The translations under genes and the position numbers were made by a program. A DNA stretch of 64,000 bases from Auanema rhodensis (Eukaryota; Animalia; Nematoda): positions 7,192,001 through 7,256,000 of the forward strand of contig OZ059899.1 in the NCBI GenBank assembly GCA_964057225.1, given 5' to 3'. A model generated the notes under the pieces. That model was not told where the DNA came from. It saw only the letters and a program-made list of their open reading frames with translations, and searched no databases. Within the stretch, counting starts at the first letter, position 1. Every line of letters begins with the position of its first letter. Positions 39,311-50,655 of this stretch are shown in pieces.

Positions 39311-42290
39311 GACGGGTCACCCGTAGAGGGGAGTGTGGCAGATAGACAGGCAGAGCAAGAGGCGGGAATGGGAGAGAAGTTTATCAGCTCAAGAAGAAGC
39401 ACCAATCTGAGAAAAGTGCTAATCGATAGTTTGAAATAAGTAGTAATAGACGTAGCAAGTAGTTACAAGTTGAATAAGACGCAAAAATGTGTTCAAGATG
39501 AAACTTGTAGTTGGTTGAAGAGACGACGCACACCGCAAATGAATCAGCTACTGGAGGAAAGAAGGTGACGAATCAAAAACAGTGGCTGGAAGAGAAGATG
39601 CTGAACAAATGGGAGGAGCGAAAACCATAATTATCATGTATACGCAGGAATGGATTTGAAGTTAACGGATATATAGCGATTGAAAAGCCAAACTGAGCAC
39701 CAGCATTCCTAAGCTCTGATAAACCGCTTGGTTGCTAAAAACGCCAGATTCATCAAAAGAAACTGAAATGCTAGTAGGCTTTACAAACTTGTACCCGAGC
39801 AATTACGCTGAGTATATTTCTGATAACGTGGTTGCCGTGCGATTGATTGTCATGAAAAGAGCAGAAGTCGAAAAGCCGTTAAATGAACAACCAAATCTAA
39901 GAAGCATGCTTAACAACATGATAGTTGAAGAAATAGCAACTAGCTGAATATTTTTTTCAATCTTCTTGAAAATATATTTAGAAACATTTGAACTTTCATT
40001 CGATCGGAATAAAGGGATGTCACTTTGCATACTCTCATAGCAGTTGAGAGTAAGGTGTACAAAAAGAAAGAGGTAGATCCTCAATATATATGATTCGAAT
40101 AAAAAAAAGAACTGATTTCCCGGCAATTTTTGAAATACCTGCAGACACTCTATATCGGCAATCAGCGATAAGAATGTTGGTTATGCTAGGAGAAATCTTA
40201 GTTCAAATAAGTTTGTTTCAAGCTAGCCTAGATAATATAGAGATAAGGAAAAGTATGCAAAAAATAAAAAAATATATAAAACAGAAAGAAAATAATAGAT
40301 TTTTAAAATAATTTTACATTATAACTTTGATACAGAATAAGCTGTCTCTTGCTAAAATGATTAGAATATTAATCAGGTTTACGTTAGATAACTAATTTAA
40401 TTTTATGAAGGAAAACGGCAACCGCGTTATTTTATTAAAATACTCACGCTTTTACTAGTTTCGAAAAATTGTAAAGATTGAATATAAATGGAACAAAATG
40501 AATTCATAAGGAAACCTCATTAGATCACTAAGGGTCAGCCTACATTGCTTTGATCATAAGGGGCGGATCTCATGAGCTTAACAAGCACTCGTCCGCCCAT
40601 AGAGAAAGAGAAAGAGAAAGGCGGATACGGCATATCGCTTTCTAAATATCTTCACCCAACCACCATATGCAGACAAAGTAGCATAAGAATTTAGATATTT
40701 GAATGAATCCACACTTTTTTTCAAATATGTTTCAAGGATCAGCACAGCAAAGGTTAGCTGAAAGCTCCATAGCTATTAAATTAGTTCAATTTTGGAGGGT
40801 AAAAGATTTAGTGGGAAACCGCTTATCGACGTCGTGTGACCATTAATACATGCATCTCATTCTATTTAAAGGATAGTGGCCAAGGGACTGACTTGCTTTA
40901 CACCTCCTTTTCTCTTACACCCGTATCCAGTGCTTATAACCGCTAAAGTTTAAGGCAGAGTGAAATGTCTGAGTATAAGAGGACAAAGTCATGGTTATAT
41001 TTCTTAAATGTCGAAGACAAATCTGACCAAAAGTTAAGCAGCTGTTGAACATGCGTGAGCATGATCTCCAAATTAGTCAAATTCCTAATGAGATAACGAC
41101 AAAAATCTTCAATCGCGTGTATCCCATTTCAACAAATTGCAGAATGAGCATCTGTAGGAGAGAAGCATTAAGATAACGGATGAGTAAGCAGCAGCTTAGC
41201 AACATCAAATGAAAAATTAATAAATAATCAGATTACCAAAAAATAGGCAAGTTAAGCTTATGGTTTCAACTTAATGGGTTATTGGAAAACAAACAGAAAT
41301 TTCATCTGCATTTTCAGTTCAATCCGGAAACACTATGACCAGCGCGGTAATCCAAAAAGGATTTCTAAACAGTGGAAGAAAGAAGACAAAACCAAAGAGG
41401 ATCTGCCAACGTCATTAATAATTCAAGCATTCCAATGTCGTTCATTGACGCTGTTGGTCTATAATTGGTAAACCGGCCCGGAAAACTAGAGACACAAGGG
41501 AAAAGAATTTAAGAACAGAGTATAGAGTATGAATAGCGTGTGAATAGAGATAGAAACTAACATTTAAAATTTGATAATGAAAAGGTAAGGTGTGTAATAG
41601 AAAAAGGAAATATGCAGATTGGAATTTTCTTATATTTGCAGTAAGCATGTTTAAAGGAGAGACAATAAAGCATGATTATTAACTAACAAGATTCATAATT
41701 CCAAAGTAATGATACCAGTATACATACTAATTAGTGTGCAACTTCAAGAGCAGTAACATTCAAGCAAGCAGCGGATCAGACTATTAATAAGCATATTTGG
41801 ATATGACTGATGCTTTCAAGCTCAAATTGCTTTGTTCACAAAGCCAATTAAATATTAAGATGTCAAGTTCATAGTAATATTCCGATATTCATAATCAAAT
41901 AGACACATATAGCCATATAATAACTAGATATAAGCGAGAAAATGTATATTTATAACCTTTCATATATTGAACAAGGATGTTAAAATCGAGTTGAGCTAGA
42001 ATTTAGCTTTGATGATAAGCTTGCATAAGAACTTTTTTAGTTGTATAAACCATGCTTAGAAAGAGATCAAAATTAACATTGACATCAATAAGAATATATA
42101 CGTAATTTTCTAAACGAATACAGAATACGGCATATCTGCAAGGTACAAACGATTACCATTGACAGAGCAGCTGACGGAGAAAAGTGAGATGAAACGTAAC
42201 GATAAAGATAAAGTGCGTAATAATAAATGAGATTAGCAAAGCAAAAAAACGAAAAAAAAATATATATGGACTAGACTGAGGGGCACCATG

Positions 42291-42325
42291 AGTGCAAGCT
42301 GACCTCTATGAGTTCAGCATGAACT
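42291..42325. promoter_or_regulatory. Tandem IR3 nuclear-receptor response elements (AGTGCA-agc-TGACCT, AGTTCA-gca-TGAACT)
   Basis: Four NR half-sites in 35 bp, about 3 kb upstream of the putative daf-12 first exon. Confidence 0.5.
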
Positions 42326-43520
42326 AGCAACGAAATACTTAAGGGAGAGATCAGTAAATAGCGGGAGAAGTTCTGAATAATCTTTGAAAAAATATGTTTT
42401 TTTGGTTAAAAAAATTGGGATAGTTGATCATCGTAGTTGAGCTTCCTATGTTTGTGTCTGCTTGTCTGTCTATATGTGTGTCTATGTGTATGAAAGAGTA
42501 TGTATGTGTGTGACGGAAACCCTCGCAAAAGTGCAAAATCAATAAGACTGGTCGCACTTGCTGGCACTGGCGGGGCGCAATACACAGCCAGCACGTCGAC
42601 CACGAAACAGGGAGATGGAAAAAGAAAAAAGAGAGAGAAGAAGAAAAACATACGAGCGGAGTGCTGAAAAGTTAGATGGAGAGAGAGATAGAGAAAGGGA
42701 GAGAAAGAAATAAGAACAAAGACAGCATGAGGGGAAAGCGAGGGAGATAGAAGGAAAGAAGTGAAACATAAAGAGAGAAAAACGGAGCGGATCGGCGGCC
42801 AACAGAAGACTCACAGTCTCACACTAGATGGACATTGCAGAGCTAGAGCACGTTACGATTCAAATCTTAAATGTTTAAGGTATTTTCTGCTTAATCTGAT
42901 TTTGGCTGCAATTAACCCTGTTCAAACATCGCAGCATTCATTATACAACAGGTAGTTTCTTCATACGTAGCAAAATATAGCTTAAATAGTTTCAAACAAC
43001 GTAGCTGCGCGGAAAACGCTACGAAGTTTTCAATGAAGTTTTTCGTAGCCTGTTGTCTATTCTTAAACGCTCTCATCTCAGTTGTTTCCCTTTTGTGCTA
43101 AGGCTTATGTAAGGAACAACTACCTCACTTTCGAGAAGAAGTGGCTTGCAACAACCTATGGAATGATCTATCTCATCCACATCTTTCGTTTTACCTCTTC
43201 TCTATTTCTTCACTATCTTTCATATTCTCTCTCTTTCTCTCTCTCTTATTTCATTGTACTACTCTTTGCTATTTCAAATGGCCTAGCACTCTCTCTTTCA
43301 CTCTTACACACAATTTTATCTTCATTGGCTTATATACCGCTTATGATGTACCCCGGTACCAGAGTACTTACTCTCCGTTTAGTCCATTAGTCAAACCCCC
43401 TGTTACATACGTTATCCTTTTTTGATTACGAATGTCAAGCATTATATTATCTATAGAGATAATTTCCAGCAACGTTGTGACAAAAACTCTAGTACGCATA
43501 AATAAATAAATATAAATATA

Positions 43521-43523
<3 letters not shown>

Positions 43524-43551
<28 letters not shown>
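43524..43551. repeat. (TA)n microsatellite
   Basis: Read directly. Confidence 0.95.
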
Positions 43552-46500
43552 CTCGATATTAGAATTCGATATAAAGAGAGAAATAGAGTTATGATTACTA
43601 TACAAGCTGCTAATACATGAGCAATAGTTAGTCTTTCCGCTATCTTTCATATAAACCTCAACCAATTTCAATACATTCGTTGGTCTACCGATGCGTATAT
43701 AATACATAAGCTGTATCCCATTTTGATATAACAACTAATACTATTGTTTAAGGCACAGCTTTCAAGATTAAAACATTCTCATGAGGATGTAGACAAGAAA
43801 GATCTGATGAAGCAGCTTAACTCGGCAGAAAAAAGCATCATGAAAAGCATCAAGACTCATATTGCGTTAAAATGCCAAAATGAGTAAAATATTAGTGTCG
43901 ACAAGTGTATAAACTTCATACGTATGATCAGAAATCTCTGAGCGCATAATATTGATCTCGCAACATATCTGGCTCAGGTCTTAGTTCAAAAGCTGAGCAA
44001 TATGGTGTCAGTTGTAAAGAACTTTGACGTTGACATAGATTCGAAGTGCGCTTGCGTTGAGCCATCTTCTCTATGAAATAAAAGAAGTTACTAGAAATTG
44101 AATTACGATCGCCTTTCCTTCCAAACGACTAACCATAGTTTTTCCAAGTACGAGATACGTGTAACTTGTATAAAACTGAAGCAACTATTGTGCAATCTCA
44201 AACTACTAGCCAATGCAGAATTTTTGAAACAAATTGTCTCGCAAGGAAACAGTATCCCTATTTCATTATCCATTAATTTCCTCAAAATGCCGTCCAATCA
44301 GTAACGGATGCTTCATAGACCAAAAGCGAAATGACGAAATAATAAGCGGGATTATGAAGTATCGGATCAATGAGGTTGCTGTTATATTCATTAGTCAGGG
44401 GGGGGGGATAAAAAGCAGAACATGACAAGAAATGAGGACAGGCGCGACGACAAGTTTCAAGAAAAAACGACTTCAATTCTAAAGGTCAACCTTGAAAGGA
44501 CAAAAACTACCATACGTAATCGCAACATAATAATTCAATGGTTGAAACAGTTGAAAGTTTGCAATTGGTTGTGTAAACTTCAAAGGTAGTAATTAGCGCT
44601 AAAAAGGGATAGGCAATTAAAAACGACTTAAAACATCAAGGGAGTTGTTGAATCAAGCATTATTGATGAATTACTTATCAATTAGTTAGCAACATTAACA
44701 TTGATGCATAGTTGAATTATTATTACATACTTTTATCGGATAATTAAAATTGCATATCCTGACTGAATTATATATGCATATATGTGTATATATTACTATT
44801 TTTGTCGTTCGCTCTCAATAATGATAGGTCATCTGTGATAATATAATGTTGAAAGAAAGATTAGTAGTGAGGCAGATATGATCGTTCAGGGATTATCTAG
44901 TGTGCAATGCATATTCTTATATCAAAAACTCGAAATGAAAAGCCTTGAACACACATTTAGTAACACTGCTTACGGCGGTTGAGGGAAATAAAATCAGAAC
45001 AAAAATAAAATTATAAATGCTAAAAGATATTTTTTGAAATTTTTAAAAATTCAGGTAAATTCAGGAAAACAGAATGGACCTCTGGTTGTGGAAGCACTGA
45101 AACAGTTCTTCTCTTGGACCAAGTGCGTTGTTTCTCAAAATAATATGACTCTGATCCATAGATTATAATCCTGACTGAATACAATTAGTGTTCTCAATAA
45201 TACAATTTACTCTAAGTGAACGATACTACCTAGTTTACTGGCAATGCTTTTCACAAATCTTTTTGGAGTTTGCATAAAAATTTCATTAGAGAACTCGTAG
45301 GAAAACTGTTTCTTACAAAATATTGGATGGTTTTCAAAGTACTTTGATTCACAATAAATCTCCATAATACTTTTTTTTATAGCGTCCGTCGAAAATGAAG
45401 TAAAAATCAAATTGCAAGCCATCTCCTCACAGGAGTTTAGAGGGATAAGAAAGATGTATCATTCATAAGGCGATTATATAGGGGTTCAAGAAGATTTCAC
45501 ATTCATTATATTCTTGGAACTTGTTACATGTTTGATCTGCCTACTATGGATAATGGATAAATCTCTGGATAAAGAATGTGCAATAGTTCATACGACGAAA
45601 AAAACCAGGATAGCTTCTTTTATACAATTTGTATTCCTTTGTAATACTGGAAAGGTGATATGAGTCGGCGAAATTTGAAAAACGGATCGACAGAAATGAA
45701 AAGAGACGCAGCGGTAAAAGAAAATTAAATGTTGGAAATAAACTGGAGAGCAGAAAAGAGAAGAACAATCATCTCGTAGTCGTGAGAGAAGTATCTACCA
45801 GCCTACATACGTATTTGGGCTCATTTTGCATTGGTCTAAAAAATAACCAAACAGACTTTAAAATGTAATGATTTTTAAAAACATCCATAATTTTGTTTGA
45901 ATTATAGAAATTAAATCTTTAAAATGTTATGCTATAGCACAGGATTGGGTAGAATATCTTTGTACTATGAAAAGAGACATCAGAGAACAGGATAGAGAAG
46001 ATATGAAATGTTACTACATGAAGAAAAATGTGATGAGAAGAAACTGATTTTCAAACGGAATCTGAAGAAAAGAGGCCATCTGCAGGAATAGAAAACCATC
46101 GATGGCAGACGTCGTAGACCTCCCGGGTGGTAGTCTGGAACAATGGCTACGTAAGCCATACACAAAATCGAAGACTTTGGCAGATCGGAAATTAGAAAGC
46201 CGACAATGGCCAATAGTTACATACATATAAACTATGGAATGATTGAGAATGGTTTCAAACTTCTAAACAGAATGTGGACAATTCCTAAGAAACTGTGTCG
46301 CAAAGGACATAGACTATGCACCTGTCCTTGCCAATCAGCGCGCGTTTTCTGGGCCGATTGATTTGAAGTAACATTGCAAGACATAATATTTCATGAGAGA
46401 GCCAACTATTTGACCTTATAAAAAACATGAAAGTTTGCATATGCATGTGCTTATAAGATATATACAATCCCCGTGCTTCAAGTCCAATTCTGAGACAGCG

Positions 46501-47210
46501 CTTAGCTGTCGCTTTAGTAATATTAATATCTAATAACTTTATTAGAGCGCAAATCCAATAGTGAATTAATCAGTGAAACTGAAATAACATAACTAACCAA
46601 TTCATAAAAATCATCAGTATCAATAAATATTTCCTCATCTTCGAACCATTTGTAACAGTAAGATGGATCGAATTGAACTACCTCCATACTTCTTCTGAAA
46701 ACAGGTCTTCAAGCTATCAATCACATCTGCTAAGAATAACTAAAGTGCTACCAACACGAAACCACAAAAGTAAAAAATCTAGAATTTATTATTCTGATCA
46801 CAAAGTTCAACAGTGGACAAAACTAGATTTATCGAAAATATCTTGTATACAACACAATCCTAGGGGAAAAGCACCCAAGTAAAGTATAAATATATGAATA
46901 AGCACATGTTAGAAAACAAATTTTCACAATTATCACACTTTGAATACCAGTGGAATCCCTTAATAGCCTGCAAATAAAAGGTAAACTATTCCCAAATTAT
47001 GCATAAGAAATATAACTGTATATATAACAAAAAGAAACAAATCTAAATTATTAGGCTCTAGGAGCAAAAAAACACAAAGATGTTGAGTTACGAATAGTTG
47101 ATATAAAAAACTAGCACTATTATGACTAAGTTTCTAAAAGAAATATTAACAATATGAATGAACTTTCCAATTATAAAGTCTAAAAAGGACTGAGAAGTAA
47201 TTAAGTCACA

Positions 47211-48921
47211 TCAGCGTGATTTTTTAATATTCAGCATCTTCATGGTCTTCATCATTAGGGCTCCCTTTTTAGGACCCTGTTTCTTACTTTCTGACTTCGC
47301 ACCAAGATTACTATTCCGACTGAGAACAACATTAGGAATAGCTTTCAACGACGATTTAGAGCCTACAATTAGCCATTATAATAAAATATTCAATTAAATT
47401 AACGTACCACTCTCGAATATCTGCCTTCTTGCTTTTGTTACATCCAATGCATGTGGAATAAGATGTGAACCCTGAGTAGTGCCGTTTTTCATTTGCCGTA
47501 TTCTGACATCTCGAGGTGCCTTAGCATCAGCAAGTAAAGCTTTCCTCTGAGAAGTATCCATAACAGCCTTATGTGAATTACCAATCTTTTTACTAAGGCG
47601 TTTCAACCTTTCTTCGTCTTCTTGTTTCATTCTGTTTTAAAATATATAATAAAAATACTATGTAGTTGGATACCTAATAAATGTCTCTTTCCATGTTTCT
47701 TGTTTACCAGGTCGTTTTCCAGGATACTTTTTTGAAACAAATTTCTCCCAGATAGGACCACTGTCTTCTTCAAGATACTGAACAAACGTGATCAGAATAA
47801 ATTCAACAAACAAATTTTAACAGACTGGATTTCTTTGTTCAATGTACATAAGTTGTCGATCGTTGCATTTTTCGAGTACCGGCTGTAAAATGTCATAAGG
47901 AATATCACCAGTATCTTCGATTGCTGAAAAACTCTAATTGCAAAATTATTTCGAAATAAAACAAACCGTCAATATTATTCCCAACCACTCTGATACACAT
48001 ACTGAATAAAGAGGGAATTTCGCTTTGCACTACAACTTTTCGTCTACCAGCAAAAACTTTGCCTCGCTCATTGCGAGGTTTAAACATTTTCTCAGGGTTG
48101 AATTCTTCTTCTGAAGTGAAAGCTTAAATTTAAATACTTCAACTATAAAAACCTGGAGGTGGTGCGGAAGATTTAGAAGCAACTGCTAAAGCGGGCAGTG
48201 GACGATAATTTAAATCCACTTCGGGTAAATCCAATACAAATTCCTTTTTAGTTTTCTTTGGTTTTGGTTTAATTACAGAGCTAGCTAATGCTTGCTCGAA
48301 TAAAGTTGGTTCTTCCTGTAGTAAATGGTATAGATGTTGCATAAATATATGGTTATCACCTTTACTTTCTTTGCTTTCGGTTGGCTGGGCCCCTCATCCG
48401 ACTTTTTATAAGCTTCATCATGCTCCTCTGTTTTAATTTCGCGTTTTAAAACAGGAGACTCTGACCTTTGTCTCTTTCTACCATCTTTATCGTCTGATCT
48501 TTCATTTGAACTTAAAAAAAACAATGACTCAGCAATGGCTATTATACTAACCTGGAAGGATAGTCATGTGAATTTTGTTCAACTTTTGGTACAACTCCAT
48601 TTTCTTTAGCTATTTGTTTCCATTTAGTAACTATCCTTCTAGCATCTTCGCCATATAACTCATGAGACTGCATTCTTCAAAAAGCATGATAAGAAATAGT
48701 GAATCAATTTTAAGCGTACTTGTTAACAACTTTACCAACTTTAGTTTTTTGCAAAAGATCAAGAGTCATATCCACTTTCTCTAGCTTTTTCAAAGCTTTT
48801 CCAATCTGAATATTAATCTTAGTGCTACTCAAATATAAAACACTACTTTATCATCAACTTCTAGCATTTGTATATATCTTTTAATTTTCTCAACATCTTC
48901 AGAAACGCTAGACCGAGCCAT
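47211..48921 (-). CDS. tceb-3: Elongin A (RNA Pol II elongation factor subunit), multi-exon
   Basis: N-terminal TFIIS-N-like domain (MARSSVSEDVEKIKRY...LDLLQKTKVGKVVN...ARRIVTKWK), BC-box IPSLFSMCIRVV, Elongin-A core (GDIPYDILQPVLEKC...EERLKRLSKKI) and C-terminal GALMMKTMKML. TTTTTTCAG acceptor at 48958; TGA at 47211-47213. Confidence 0.9.
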
Positions 48922-49819
48922 TGAACCACTAACAACTTCTTACTTTAGGTATAACACCTGAAAAAATCATCTGTTAATTTAACACAAAACGTTTCAGAGA
49001 ATCATATTGCGAATGTTTCCAAAAATTAAAAGCATAATTAACTTTATATGCTAATATCCAATGATAGCAAAAATTTGTGATGAACAGCACGAGAAAGGTT
49101 TCTTGCAAGGACATCACGCACACCCCGTAAACAGCAAGCAGTTTTTTTTCGCTCTGTCACAGCATTAACAACAAAAATACACTAGTATCCTGCTGAGAAA
49201 AATAAATAAATGGGGGTAAAAAACCCTCTTTGTTGACTTAAATATCATAACAAAAATAAATAATTATGGTGTTACATATATCTCAGTTCCCGGAGTTTTT
49301 ACTTGATCATCTCTCTAAGAAAATGCACTTTATTATAATTTTTTAGAAAGGTTAAGAGCAAAAGAAAACCAAGAAAAAAGTGTATTACACAGTGAGTAAT
49401 TGCTTTAAAAAAACTACATCACAGTATATACAAATGATAGAAAAACGTTTAAAAAGTTAACTTTTACAGTATGAATCAACTGATCAGTTTCAGTATACTA
49501 AAGCGAAAAAAAGAAATAATAAGTAGAGGAGTTAGTACCTATGAATAGCCAGTTGATCTTTTTGAATAATTCAAAAACAGAAAACAACCATCAAAAATTA
49601 TGATAATGCCGCAATTAATAAAAATAATTATCATACGTGAGAACATAATGAAGTCAAGAGAAATATTGATTAGCATCTTATCTGCTTCATATTTATATAT
49701 AGTAATATCTTTTCCAACCTTTTCCCATAAAAAAATGATATTCAATAAACATTGTACTACACTTCATATATTAGATGTATCTGCGTTTTTAGGTTATAAT
49801 GTTTAACTTTTAATTCAAT

Positions 49820-49850
<31 letters not shown>

Positions 49851-50655
49851 CATATTAGTAAAAACGAAACTAATCTGATAAAAATTAATTACAAGATAAT
49901 GAATCTGGCACGCAAAAGAGCTTTATCAATTATTGAATAAACAATTTTACAGACGAGAGAATTCAATTTGAGGTATATTATGTAACTTATAAGAATTGAC
50001 ATCATATAACTCATGAACAAGTCAACCTTATAAGGAATCAAACTACAGCCAACCAACATTACTATAATTATTTTAATTTTTGTGATAAAGAATTATAATA
50101 TCAACTCTTATTTTTATAAAAACTTAATTTATTTTTTTAGTTATTTTTTAACATTTCATGTCATTTACGATTTTGAAGGTGAGTGATCATCAAGATAGCT
50201 GTTGGCTCAGATAATTTTTCATTCACCTACATATTATAATTAGCTATTCACTTAAATCGTTTCTTCAGAAGGCACTCCTGTCTTAATCGAAAAAATCATG
50301 TAAAAGAGGAAGCAACATTTTCCTGTTCATTGGTTAAGTAGAGAAGGAAACCGGCTGGCGTCAACCGTCTTTCCCAATAACCGTCGTCGATTATTGTTAA
50401 TATGGGTCAACTTGTGTCTCTTAGACATCTTACCTCTCCGGTTGTCTATGTTGGATCTTAGCGGTGAGGTGTGTGCCTCATCCGATGTTCATCTAATTTT
50501 AATCTCACATACTTTTATATTCTTTTAATTTTAATGCACTTTTATTTCTAAGAATTTAAATAAAAACTCGAGAGAACTGATAAGCTACAGCTTCTAGCAT
50601 ATTATATTTTATTGTTATTTTCTTATTCTAGAATTCCGATGTTAAGGGCGATGAC

